Of a DNA stretch of 64,000 nt, positions 52,882 to 63,400 are shown in pieces. The notes beneath the pieces were generated by a model that saw nothing but the letters and a program-made list of their open reading frames with translations, searched no databases and was not told where the DNA came from. Each line of letters opens with the position of its first letter. Position 1 is the stretch's first letter. A program made the position numbers and the translations under genes. Source of the DNA: Deltaproteobacteria bacterium (lineage in GTDB: Bacteria; Myxococcota_A; Polyangia; Fen-1088); assembly GCA_033763315.1 (NCBI GenBank), contig JANRKS010000028.1, forward strand, positions 1-64,000. Direction: 5' to 3'.

Positions 52882-53802
52882 ATGACGCACGCCCTGGCGC
52901 CTTACCCTGATCCCGAAAGCCGCGACACAACGACGCGCGGGTTGGCCGACGCGTTGGGCGGCGAGGCCATAACGTATGGCCAAAGCGTCGAGGGACGGCC
53001 TTTGTTGGCCGTGCGCGTGCCGGCACGGGTGGCTGGAGCACCTCGCGTGCTTGTGACCGGCAACATCCATGGTGTGGAGTGGATCTCGTCGCAAGTTGCT
53101 TTAGGCGTGCTGCGCGTGCTGGGCACGCCTGCCGGCGCCCCCTTGCGGGCAAATGCGGAGGTGTGGGTGATTCCGTGCCTGAACCCCGATGGCTACGCGC
53201 GTACGTTTTTGAGCGGTGGCCACGGTTCACTCGCGGGCCTCCGCACCAACGCCAATGGAGTGGATCTCAATCGGAATTTTCCGCTGCCGGCCGGGCACGT
53301 TCGAAAGCGGTTGCCCGGGGCCGGCTCAAGCACACCCGGCAAAGCCACGTACGTGGGGACGGGGCCGCTGAGCGAACCTGAGAGCGAGGCGTTGGATCGG
53401 CTGCTGCACGACCAACAATTTCACGCTGGCATCAATGGCCACAGTTTCATGGGCAAGGTGATCCCCGCCCGCGCGCTGCGCGCAAAGGAAGCATCCGTTT
53501 ACAAAGGCCTGGCGCGCGCGTTGGCGAAGGCGCAAGGCGCGTTTCGTTATGGGCGTCTGGCAAGCAACTGGATTGATACGTTCACCGGCGAGCTTGAAGA
53601 TCACCAACATCACCACCACCGCATGTGGGCGGCGTGCTTAGAAACATTCACGTTCGGCGCAAGCGTGCGGCAACACTTGCGTGCGCCAAGTTTGTTTTGG
53701 CGTTTTAACCCGCACGATGTGCAGCGCTGGTGTAACAATGACGTGCCGGCTGTGGCGGCGTTTTTGTTGGCCGCGCTCAAGCAACCGCGGCCCGCGGGGT
53801 GA
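52882..53802 (+). CDS. M14 family zinc carboxypeptidase
   Basis: [31 protein letters not shown] and E(T) motifs. Confidence 0.9.
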   Translation: MTHALAPYPDPESRDTTTRGLADALGGEAITYGQSVEGRPLLAVRVPARVAGAPRVLVTGNIHGVEWISSQVALGVLRVLGTPAGAPLRANAEVWVIPCLNPDGYARTFLSGGHGSLAGLRTNANGVDLNRNFPLPAGHVRKRLPGAGSSTPGKATYVGTGPLSEPESEALDRLLHDQQFHAGINGHSFMGKVIPARALRAKEASVYKGLARALAKAQGAFRYGRLASNWIDTFTGELEDHQHHHHRMWAACLETFTFGASVRQHLRAPSLFWRFNPHDVQRWCNNDVPAVAAFLLAALKQPRPAG

Positions 53803-53873
53803 ATTCACCTCCCCCGTTAGGAGCGAAGGGGCCAAAGGGAGAGGGGACACCCGGAGGCGTTAGGTTCCGGTGG

Positions 53874-54368
53874 CTATGGCGTGGCGGGCGCGTTGGCTCG
53901 GGGCGGCTGTGGCAGCCAGCGGTTACGTGAACGGGGAACACGCGGCGGCAAGGGGTAAAGTGAGCGGCACTCGTGCACCGTGTGGTAGCCATAGGCCGCC
54001 GATGCGGCGGTGACGGCAGCCAACACCAAGGCGCCAACGCCGAGCGTGATGGCGGCGTTGGCGCCGGTGTGATCAGGCGCGGGATCCCAACTCGGTTGCA
54101 CCGCATTCGTGTCACTCGAACGCGCGAGGAAACCAATTCCCGTTAAAAGGAGGCCGAATCCGCCAACGCCCGCGGCGCCCACGGTATCGAGCACGGGCGC
54201 GGCCATGCGCCTCGTGCATGGCGCGGTGGCTTGAGGAACGAGCGGTGGGGGTTCCTCATGGCGCACCGGCGGGGGGACAACCGCCAAGAAGCTGCAACCG
54301 GGTTGCCAAACAAGCAAACCAGACAACACAGCGGTCAAGACACCTCGAGTGTTAGCGGGCTTGTACAT
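53874..54368 (-). CDS. Putative lipoprotein with two hydrophobic segments
   Basis: Signal ending QPGC-SF; C..APVLD, S(AA)YGY...C pattern; SD GAGGTG. Confidence 0.7.
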   Translation of the reverse strand: MYKPANTRGVLTAVLSGLLVWQPGCSFLAVVPPPVRHEEPPPLVPQATAPCTRRMAAPVLDTVGAAGVGGFGLLLTGIGFLARSSDTNAVQPSWDPAPDHTGANAAITLGVGALVLAAVTAASAAYGYHTVHECRSLYPLPPRVPRSRNRWLPQPPRANAPATP

Positions 54369-54747
54369 CGCACCTCGATGGAACGTACCTGAGCGACACG
54401 GCGATCGCGTCGGCGCTGAACCTCAGATTGTTTTCATTCGGTTGCTGGAGAGTCTCCGCTCTATAGGGAGACAGGTAACAAGTTTGCAGCTCTTCGTTCC
54501 CCTCGAAGCCGTCGATGAGTTGCAGCAGTCGCAGGCACAGGGGACGACAAACGCAATCGATCTCGTCCTGTTTACAGCCTGCGGAAGCACCGTCGCGCTT
54601 ACAGTCCGCGATCAGGCGCTGCAAATCCTCGTCTGGGGCATTCACGTAGACAGTCTGTTGGATGGGCGGGCAAGGCTCATCACACGCGGCTGAGCCAGTG
54701 AACAGCCACGCCAAAAACACGACCCGGGGCAAACGCAATTGCAGCAT
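54352..54747 (-). CDS. Small Cys-rich lipoprotein, paralog of the N-domain of the upstream ferritin-like protein
   Basis: Lipobox SAAC followed by 8 further Cys; ATG overlaps the upstream stop (TGATG). Confidence 0.75.
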   Translation of the reverse strand: MLQLRLPRVVFLAWLFTGSAACDEPCPPIQQTVYVNAPDEDLQRLIADCKRDGASAGCKQDEIDCVCRPLCLRLLQLIDGFEGNEELQTCYLSPYRAETLQQPNENNLRFSADAIAVSLRYVPSRCDVQAR

Positions 54748-55688
54748 CACGCGAGATCCTCTGCCAGGTGCTGCAAGATCAACCGGGTGTTTTCACGGCA
54801 CGGGAATCCCAACTGCGTACGCACGTACTCTGGGAGGGACCGCGCGTGCGCCAACCGTCGTAGCTCTCGGGCGCCCGCCTGGGCCACGCCCGCGCGTTGC
54901 CGCGGCGACAACTGCGGCAAAGCCCATGAACGTATCGCACGCGCCAAGGTGGCGTGGCGAAGCTCGTCTGGTGCAATGCTTGACATGGCCGCACGTACGC
55001 GCGTGTCGCCGGCAACCGCGCCCTGGTGTGCGGCCACCAAAGCGCCGAAGCTTTCACGCACGCAGCCTTCCACTTCATTGGCGCGAGCGAGTTGCGCGAG
55101 ACTGGGTAGACGAGGCTCAGCGGGGCAGCGAGGCACACCTGGCTCAATGCCATGCGATCGAACGATGGCACGCAGAGCGCGCGCATGACGGATCTCGTCG
55201 CGAGCCGCGGCGCGCGCCGCCTCCACAAGCTCAAGTGGCGCCTCGTGATGGCGCAGCTGGCGGGCCAACCGCCGGAAAGCGGGCACTGAGGCAGCTTCGA
55301 GTTGCGACATCCGCGCCAGCCACTGAGCCACTGGGGGCCCCGCTTTGCCATCGGCAAAACGCAGCCGAGACGGGCGACGACCTCCAGTACAACTCGGCTC
55401 GCTACCGACGTGCACGCGCAGGTATCCGTCTTTATCGCTATGCAATTCGCAATGCACAATTGCGTAAGCATTGCTCACGAACTCACACAGAGGCCGGCAA
55501 TCAGGATTCACGGGGCGCCGGCACGCCTGCACAAGCGGCGCGATCGATTCGTCTGTCTCGCGGATCAAATACAAGCGGTCATCAGGCGGGCAGTCACACC
55601 CGCCTAACCCGATCAAGGGCACACCGGACGCGATGAGGCTGCGGAGGATGTTGTTAAACCAGCGGCGCGACGAAATCTCTTCGAGCAT
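54747..55688 (-). CDS. Ferritin-like di-iron domain lipoprotein with Cys-rich N-domain and GRRP motif
   Basis: SRRWF...LGGC signal; LEAASVPAF, DEIRH, NEVEGCVRE and DELRH ligands; SD GAGGTG before ATG 55688. Confidence 0.85.
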   Translation of the reverse strand: MLEEISSRRWFNNILRSLIASGVPLIGLGGCDCPPDDRLYLIRETDESIAPLVQACRRPVNPDCRPLCEFVSNAYAIVHCELHSDKDGYLRVHVGSEPSCTGGRRPSRLRFADGKAGPPVAQWLARMSQLEAASVPAFRRLARQLRHHEAPLELVEAARAAARDEIRHARALRAIVRSHGIEPGVPRCPAEPRLPSLAQLARANEVEGCVRESFGALVAAHQGAVAGDTRVRAAMSSIAPDELRHATLARAIRSWALPQLSPRQRAGVAQAGARELRRLAHARSLPEYVRTQLGFPCRENTRLILQHLAEDLA

Positions 55689-55713
55689 AGGCACCTCGTG
55701 CCTTTGACTCTGC

Positions 55714-55730
55714 AGCAAAGGCTGGGCCAA
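55714..55730 (-). promoter_or_regulatory. Sigma54 (-24/-12) promoter of the ferritin-like lipoprotein operon
   Basis: Minus strand TTGGCCC-AGCCT-TTGCT with GG-N10-GC spacing, 25 bp upstream of ATG 55688. Confidence 0.62.
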
Positions 55731-55928
55731 TTGCAAAGGCGGGCGTTCTGACGAACGGCAGCCGTTTTCGGAGCCCGAGACGGTGACATTGGTGTCGCGG
55801 TTACGTCGGCCGCGCGTGATTGACGAGATCAAGGGCCAGCATTTCTCACGCACGGGCGAACTCCTTCGCATCCACAGCGACGCCCCTGCGTTCTCAGATG
55901 CAATCGCACAGGCAACAGGCCGCCCCTT

Positions 55929-57155
55929 TCATTCTGGGGGCACCCCGGCGTTAGCGGCCAAGCCCTGATCACAGTGCCGATTCACGGCGTTCGCAATTTC
56001 CTGCTGGAGATGGTGGTTCAGCAGAGGGTGCAGGGGCAAGTACACAGTGTTGGGTAACCAGGCCGCGGCTTCGATTGGTTTTGCACCAGGGTGTTGAGCG
56101 GGAGAAGGCGCCACCACCAGGCGCGACGCACGCGACGTGGCGTCGTATCCCGCTGCGCGCAACGTCTCCACCAGTTGCAAAGGGGCGTGACAACGGATGG
56201 GATAGACCCAGCGTGTTGGAAAATTTGCGGCAGCACCAACCAGACAATCCATACGAAGCGTCCGGCGATATTCATCGGCAAGCTTTTGCTTCCATCCCAA
56301 CTTCGTCCCTCCTTTTGAAGTCAAGCGTTGTCGTAGAAACTTTGTGAGGGCGTCTGATGGCCGGCATCGCATCCGAGCAAAGAGGTTCTCGCCGGCAAAC
56401 CCCTGAGAGGAAAGGTTCAACAGTTTTTCCAAATCGGTGCCAACAAGCCGGCACGCAACACCTGTGGCAGAAAAAGCAAAGCCGCTTCCCAACAGTTTCA
56501 AAATCGCGAGGTCGGTGAGCGCTCGGGCATACGCGGCGCGTGACTGCTGCGGGAAAGTGGACTCAACCTCCTGTGTGGCCAACGCCAAATCCGGATCACG
56601 AAAAAGCACCAAGGCCCCGCCGGCCGCGGTGCGGGTCTTAATCTTGCCGAAGCTAAAGAACGATACGTCCGCCGCAGGATCGGCAACGGGCACATCGGCG
56701 TTATAGCTTTGTGCAACGTCTTCCCACAGCGGCAGGCTGTTCTGCCGACAAACAGCACCAATAGCCTCTAGCCTGGCCTTAGAACCGAAAAGATGCGTCA
56801 CCATCACCGCACGGGTTCGAGGCGTAATTTGCCGAGCCACTTGCTCAGCCGTGGGTGCAAGAGTATTGCAGGGAACATCTAGCGGAACGGCGACCAGGCC
56901 GTGCTCCTTGATGATCCGCAACATGTCGGCAATCGTAATTGCGGACATGAGAATTTCGCTTCCGGGTGCCCAGTCCATGGCAGTGAGGAGCGCATCAAAA
57001 GCTGTTCGAACAGACAGACTGAGGAAACCACAGCGGCCCGCAGCGATGACGGGGTCGGACCAAACACGGGATCTTCCGGACCTTGGATCGAGGCAACCAA
57101 ACCCCGCCCGCAGCACATTTGCCCATTCGATGTCGACGATGCCACGGGGAATCAC
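55929..57155 (-). CDS. DegT/DnrJ/EryC1/StrS family PLP aminotransferase
   Basis: ITPRTRAVMVTHLFG, WEDVAQS and SFFSFGKIKT motifs; GTG start at 57155 is inferred. Confidence 0.85.
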   Translation of the reverse strand: MIPRGIVDIEWANVLRAGFGCLDPRSGRSRVWSDPVIAAGRCGFLSLSVRTAFDALLTAMDWAPGSEILMSAITIADMLRIIKEHGLVAVPLDVPCNTLAPTAEQVARQITPRTRAVMVTHLFGSKARLEAIGAVCRQNSLPLWEDVAQSYNADVPVADPAADVSFFSFGKIKTRTAAGGALVLFRDPDLALATQEVESTFPQQSRAAYARALTDLAILKLLGSGFAFSATGVACRLVGTDLEKLLNLSSQGFAGENLFARMRCRPSDALTKFLRQRLTSKGGTKLGWKQKLADEYRRTLRMDCLVGAAANFPTRWVYPIRCHAPLQLVETLRAAGYDATSRASRLVVAPSPAQHPGAKPIEAAAWLPNTVYLPLHPLLNHHLQQEIANAVNRHCDQGLAANAGVPPE

Positions 57156-57250
57156 GGAGGAACCTGGCCCCACACTAACACTGCGTGGACCAAACGCATC
57201 CCCAAGAACGCTGGCGGTAAAAGCGCTGGTTTTCTGCGATACTCCTCCCC

Positions 57251-58708
57251 ATGGCATCGCGAAAGTCTGAACCACAGGATTCGTTCGACTCGCCAGTGGC
57301 GTTTGCCCCTTGCTCCAATGGCGAGTATTGCCCGCCTTCTCTCACCGCAGCGGACGCACGCGCAGAACGGCTGTGGCGTGAGTTGGTTGAGGACAAGCAC
57401 AAACGCGTGGGGATGTCGCGGAGGCAGTTTGCGCAGAGTGCATGTGGAACGGCGACGGCTTTATTCGTGATCAACCAGGTTTACGGATGTGGCGGCAACG
57501 ATTCATCGCGGGTAGGGACGGACGATGCTGGGTACCGCATTGATGCCGGCGCGATGGAAGATGCGGCCCAAGCATGCGAGGCGCTCGGGGGCGATGAGTT
57601 CGTGTTGGATGTGCAAACGCACTCCGCGGCACCGCGGCCTCCGTGGATGGAGCCAGACGTATGCCGGCCAACGAATGAATCACAGTCGTGCATTGGGCCG
57701 CTGCGGTTCATCAAGGAGGTGTTCGTGGCCAGCGACACCGACGTTGCGGTGCTCTCGGGTGTGCCTTCGGTGCGCGAGCAAGATCCACTGCGCATCGAGG
57801 CGCGCGACGAGATCCGCCGGATCGTGGATCGAATGGGTGGCCCGCGCCTATTGTTACACGCGAATGTGAGACCAAATGAAGGACAAGTGGCGCTTGATTT
57901 CATGGAAATCGACGCGAAGCAATTCCCGATTAAGGCCTGGAAAGTGTATCCGAGCGATGGAAACTGGCGCCTGGACGAAGACGTCTACGGAGCCCCGTTT
58001 CTTAGCAAGGCGCGCGCTTTGGGTGTGAAGGTGGTGGCCGCTCACCGTGGAATCGCGGATGATCAAAACCGCTACACCGATTTTTCGTCGCCGCGTGACT
58101 TGGCCGGTGCGGCCAAACAGTTTCCCGACATCGCCTTCCTTTGCTACCACTCGGGATGGGACGGCAAAGTGGCTGAAGACCATCCGTTTGATCCAAGCGA
58201 AGCAAACCCGCGCGGCATCGATCGTTTGATCAAAGCCGTGTTGGATCACGGAAGCGTATCGAACGTGTACGCGGAGCTGGGGTCAACGTGGCGCAATCTG
58301 ATGACGCGCCCCGAGGAAGCGGCCCACGCGTTAGGAAAACTGCTCAAGTACTTGGGGCCCGACAAGATCCTCTGGGGCACAGATGCGTTGTTCACCGGCA
58401 GCCCACAGGAGCAGATCGTGGCGTTTCGTGCGTTTCAGATCCCCGAGGCGATGCGCGAAAAACATGGCTATCCGGCGCTGTGCGCCGAGACCAAACGCAA
58501 GATCTTGGGGTTGAACGCGGCAAAGGTGTACGGCATCGACCCCGCAGAGAAGCGCGATGCCATCACGGACGATGAGGTTGCGCAGTGGAAGTTGGCGATG
58601 GCGGATGATCCGGCTAGCGTTCCGTTGCCCGCGCAGAAGTCGTACGGACCGAAGACGCGTCGGGAGTTCTTCGCAATGATGCGCCACCAAGGCGGACGGC
58701 ACGTGTGA
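57251..58708 (+). CDS. Amidohydrolase (amidohydro_2-like) with internal twin-arginine motif
   Basis: LDVQTH, AWKVY, AHRG, YHSG, NVYAELGSTW, ILWGTD and ILGLNAAKVY motifs; SRRQF at about residue 57. Confidence 0.88.
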   Translation: MASRKSEPQDSFDSPVAFAPCSNGEYCPPSLTAADARAERLWRELVEDKHKRVGMSRRQFAQSACGTATALFVINQVYGCGGNDSSRVGTDDAGYRIDAGAMEDAAQACEALGGDEFVLDVQTHSAAPRPPWMEPDVCRPTNESQSCIGPLRFIKEVFVASDTDVAVLSGVPSVREQDPLRIEARDEIRRIVDRMGGPRLLLHANVRPNEGQVALDFMEIDAKQFPIKAWKVYPSDGNWRLDEDVYGAPFLSKARALGVKVVAAHRGIADDQNRYTDFSSPRDLAGAAKQFPDIAFLCYHSGWDGKVAEDHPFDPSEANPRGIDRLIKAVLDHGSVSNVYAELGSTWRNLMTRPEEAAHALGKLLKYLGPDKILWGTDALFTGSPQEQIVAFRAFQIPEAMREKHGYPALCAETKRKILGLNAAKVYGIDPAEKRDAITDDEVAQWKLAMADDPASVPLPAQKSYGPKTRREFFAMMRHQGGRHV

Positions 58709-58823
58709 GCCTCGCGACTCGTTCCTGCGCTGAAGCCGATGTTCCAGCGAAGGAACAGGACCGCCATGTTTAAAGGCGTATTGAGGCGCAGGGCCTCGCA
58801 CGGGATGTGCATTGGGCTGACCC

Positions 58824-60386
58824 GTGAAGAACCAAGGCACGGCGACAGACGAATGGCCGAAATCGGCGGCGGGCCCGCGCGAGCGCTTTGCGCAAGTGAC
58901 AAACATGGTGGCGGTTGGCACCGTGACCCCTGCATCGGCGAGATTTTGGGCACGGGTTGAAAAGCAAGGGCGTGTGCGGCTGCTTTTGAACGATGGCAAG
59001 AGCAGCGTGTGCAGCCAATTGTTCGATCCAGCCTACACCCCGGAATCGACGTGGGCTGTGACGTATCCCGATGATCTTGTTGACGCCCTGCCCTTGCGGC
59101 CGAACACGTCGTACACGTTCGAGTTGCAGGATGAAGTCGGTTGTCTTGTTGGCGCCGGTAAGTTCAAGACACCCTCGGAATGTCTGGAAGCCGTGCCTGC
59201 TCGTTGGTCGCTGGCGTTCTTGAGTTGCCATCAACCTTTCGGCCCCGACGGCCAAGTGACACCGGAAGCTCACAACATGTTGGCCGCCGTTCGAAAAGCC
59301 TTCGCGCTTTGCGAGCCCGAGCTGGTTCTGTTCTTGGGCGATCAGGTTTATTCCGACGCGCCGAAATCCATGTCGTTGTTCGAGGATCGCGAAGGCGAGC
59401 GCAACGTTTTGCACGAAGCTCCAAACGAAGTGCGGAGGCGCTTTGATTTGCGATACCGCCAAGCGTGGCATGAGCCCGCGTGGCAAGCGCTGCACGCCTG
59501 CGCCGCCACAGCGTGCATTCCCGATGATCACGACATCATCGACAACTGGGGATCCGATGTGGAGCACAATCAACCTTCCTGGCAGAAGGTGCGCGACGCC
59601 GCGTTGGAGGCTGCCTTTTCGTGGCAAGGGCAGCGTTCCTCAGCCCTTCGCCCCCCGCCGGGCAACTTTCAACAAGAGTTCCGGTGGCACAACGCGGGCG
59701 TGGTGCTGTTGGATGTGCGCACACAACGGCGCGTTGGCTACGCTCCGGAAGACAGCCAGATCGTGGATCCCGTTGCGATCGACCGCTTGGAACGATTCTT
59801 ACGCCGCAACGCCAGCTTGCCCGTGATCTTCGTGGCCGTCTCGGTTCCGATGATTCACATCCCGCAGTGGCTATCGGACGTGGGCCACGCCTTGCCTGTG
59901 GGAGGCATGGATTTGGCCGATCGATGGTCGAACCCAGCGTGGGCAGACACGCGTGATCGGCTGCTCACCATGCTGAACGAGCACCGCCGTGCACATCCGC
60001 AGCAGCAGGTGGTGTTGCTATCAGGCGACATTCACGCGGGTTGGGCCGTAAAGTTATGCGATCCTCACGACGACGTGCGGGGCAGGCCGATTGTGCAATT
60101 TGTTTCAAGCGCCATCACCAACGGCGAAGGTTCTATTGTGGGCGCCGTGAGCAATGCCATGCTGCGCGCCGCACAGGCTGTGTCGGGGCCAGTGGCGGGG
60201 CTTCATGTGCAAAACGTCCAAGGTCTAGCAGAAGCCACCGGCAACCCTTTTGGCGGACTGAATGTGGGCGTGGTGGACGTCATGACTTGCGCCGGGCAAA
60301 CACAAATTCGGCTGCGGCTCTTTAGCCACGGCGAAGGACTTCATGCCGCCGAAGCGGTGTGCGTGTTCGACAGTGGCCCGTTATAG
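58824..60386 (+). CDS. PhoD-like alkaline phosphatase (metallophosphatase)
   Basis: FLSC, LGDQVYSD, PDDHDI.DNWG, LDVRTQR, D.W and LSGDIH motifs; start codon uncertain. Confidence 0.85.
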   Translation: MKNQGTATDEWPKSAAGPRERFAQVTNMVAVGTVTPASARFWARVEKQGRVRLLLNDGKSSVCSQLFDPAYTPESTWAVTYPDDLVDALPLRPNTSYTFELQDEVGCLVGAGKFKTPSECLEAVPARWSLAFLSCHQPFGPDGQVTPEAHNMLAAVRKAFALCEPELVLFLGDQVYSDAPKSMSLFEDREGERNVLHEAPNEVRRRFDLRYRQAWHEPAWQALHACAATACIPDDHDIIDNWGSDVEHNQPSWQKVRDAALEAAFSWQGQRSSALRPPPGNFQQEFRWHNAGVVLLDVRTQRRVGYAPEDSQIVDPVAIDRLERFLRRNASLPVIFVAVSVPMIHIPQWLSDVGHALPVGGMDLADRWSNPAWADTRDRLLTMLNEHRRAHPQQQVVLLSGDIHAGWAVKLCDPHDDVRGRPIVQFVSSAITNGEGSIVGAVSNAMLRAAQAVSGPVAGLHVQNVQGLAEATGNPFGGLNVGVVDVMTCAGQTQIRLRLFSHGEGLHAAEAVCVFDSGPL

Positions 60387-60439
60387 GAGAAGTGCCGAAG
60401 GGCTTCGGGATTTCGAGCTTAAGGTCGCCAACAAGCCCC

Positions 60440-63400
60440 CTATGCTCCGTCCTCCACCTTTGGCACAACCTTCGCCTTGCGCATCGGCTTCCACAAGCCT
60501 TGTGACAAGAAGGCAGCCCACACCCAGCGGCTCCAGCGCAACAACGCAAGCGCAAGCCACAACGCCCAGGCCATCATGGCGATGCGGTAGACGAACAGCG
60601 GCACCGAGATCACGAGAGGCTGCGGCAACGTTGCCAAAGCTTGGTCGCTATACCAACGCAACAGCGTTTCATCTGAGCCGTTGCCCATGACCTGCATATC
60701 AGGCGATTCGAGCAAACCGGCACGAATGGCAGCGAACACCAAGACGGCGGCGATGCCTGTCCATAACACAAACGTAAGCTGCGTGAAGTTATAGGCCCAC
60801 GCCCGCGCTGGTCTGCGAATGCGCAAGCGCCAACCAAGCAACAAGAAGAACCCGCTCACGAATGCCACCGCGGGAAGTCCCACTTGGACAAGACCTAAGC
60901 CTAAAAGGGCCCAGTCCAACATTGATAAGGGAGACAACTTCGTGCGCGCCAATACATAGCCTAGCGCCACGAGCACCAGCAGGTAGCTCCAGAAGAAGAC
61001 CGCGGGGCCAAGCAATGGACCGGCCGTCCACAACACCCACCGTCCGGCGGAGCGCAACTGCACAACCGTGGATGCATTCGTGCTCTTCACTCCAAGGTTC
61101 ACCGCGGCGGGTTTGAAAGCGAACGCATGGCCTGCGGGATAACGCCAATCCATAACGAGGCTGTTTGCGCCAGGCACCAACGTTAACGTCACTTGCGTGG
61201 CATGCTGCGTGCTGGAGCTGCGTACGGGTGTTGAGGTGCCATTGATGGATAAGGCACTGAGCACGGCGCCTGCAGGCAACGTGATCACGTGCTCGCGGCC
61301 ACGGCTTGTGCGGCTTTGCCATTGCAAATTCACTTGCGTGCTGCGCGGCCCTGGTGAGTAGGTGGCGCTGCTGTTGTCGATCGTTAACGTTTGCCCTTCA
61401 ACGCCGCTTGGCCGTGTGATCGCAAGGGATACAGATTCATTCGGCCACGGACGCCACAACCACATACGCTGCGCATCCGTGTTGCCTTCACCGCGAAGCG
61501 TGGGGATGCCCTGCACATCAACGTGCCACATCGGCGCCGCCGCCACCTGCCACTCTTCAACAAAAACGCGATCCGCCGAAGGTGCTTTTAACGTCAGTGC
61601 CAATTGTTGCGATAATGTCGCGTCCCACGTTGCCGAGGCCGTGCCTGGGCTCAAGTTTAGTGCCACAGCACGCCCATTGGTTGCCAAGACCACACCCGCA
61701 CTTGTGACCGATTCACCTGGCAACAGGGGGATGTCGGCCAAAACGGGCGCGATGCTTTCGCCGAGACGTTCAACCGTCGTGTGAGTGGTCCACCGCAACC
61801 CTAGCGTGATTTCACGGCGTACCAGCAGCAACGGCACCACGCCATCGGCGCCTGCTGCATCTTTGCCTTTGCTTTCGGCGGCCGCAACAACGCGGGTGAA
61901 TTGCAGCGTTTCACTGGCTTGTCCATCCGTTCGCAGCCCCTCAAGCTGCACGCCTTGCAGTCGCGCGCGGGTGAACTTTGGTATCACAGGCAAGGTCAGC
62001 GACAGCGATTCTTTGGCGGGGAAGGCGCCCTGCATTTCAATGACGTTGGCCCCCTCGTTGACGACCGCCCACAACACACCTTTATCATCACGCGACAAAG
62101 CCACGGCCGCTTGGTTGTTCACGCGCACCTGCGATGGCAGCCAGCCATCGGGTTGACCGGGCAACGCCACAGCGGCACGGGCCAGGGCTGACACCGTAAA
62201 GCGCAGCTTCAACAACTGTGCTGAGGCATCCACCTGCAACTCATCCACTGTGGCGCAGTGAGGGCTGCAAGTTGGTGGGCGCACCAGGCGTTGTTTGAGG
62301 GTTTCTAGAACGTCCGCTGGCGGCGCCACCGGCGCGGGCTCGTCTGCAAGAGCCCGAGAGGGCACAAGTGCAAGCAAGATGAAGGGCATTGCGATCGCGA
62401 CCGAGGCCAGACTTAACCGGTGGCGCTTGAACATAAGGAAGGCAAGCGCCGCCAGGAGCACAACACGCAAGATCGCGAGGAAACTTGTGAGCCACGGAGG
62501 CAGTAGCCAAAGCGAAAGGCTTTGATCCGCCTGAACGGGACCGTTATAGGAGAAGCTGATGGTGTCCCACTGCCATGATGGAATGCCGGGCCCCGTTTGG
62601 ACGACGACGGACTTGTCCCAGACGGCGAGGTTTTGCGTCGTCTGCGCATTTCTCTTTGAGAATGAATCCCTCTTTCGGCCATAGAGGCCATGGAGGGAGT
62701 TCGCCGCAGGTGCGCCTGCCCCGACGCTTTCCACAACGCGACCCTCAACCGATTCTTCGATTTCCTCAGGCTCGGCCGCCGGCGCGTCGGCCTGCATTTT
62801 TGCATACTGTTGCACCGCCGCCGGCGCCGGCGCGGCCCCAGGCATGGGGATTGACCAACCACCACTTCGAGTGGCTGCGGGATGCAAAGCCAAACGCAGG
62901 TCTTGAGCGGCAAACGGCACGAAGATAAACAGCCAAACCGCCCAACTGCCGAGGCGCAAAACGCGAGGCACCCACGCCAGTTTTCCCGGCGGAACCAAGC
63001 GCAGCAATGCCTCGGCTATGACAACAGCCAGCCACACCCAGGCGGGGGCATCGCCTTCATTGAGGCTCAGCAGCAAAGCCGCAAATGCCACGGCGCCCAC
63101 GCGGTAGCCATAAAGGCGTTGCACGCTCACGGCCACGATCAACAACAAGAACAGATCCAGTAGCGACCACGCCTGTACCCAGCTGCCGTTGACGTGATCG
63201 GCCCCTGCGCCAAACAATAACTTCCATCCCGGCCCCAGGTGCACTTGCCCGGAGAGCGAATCGAAATCCTGGTGCCACGCCACGGCGGGAATGGTCATGC
63301 CTGTGCGAGGAACGCGGCTGTCGGCTTCAATGCGCGCGTTCTGCACGCGGATCTCTGCGCCCCACAGGCCGCCACTTTGTTTGTTATCACCGAGCGTTGT

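Noticed and set aside
53803-53850. Purine-rich GGGAGAGGGG segment resembling a REP half-site
   Set aside because: It is a single copy with an imperfect partner arm, and no second copy was seen in the window.
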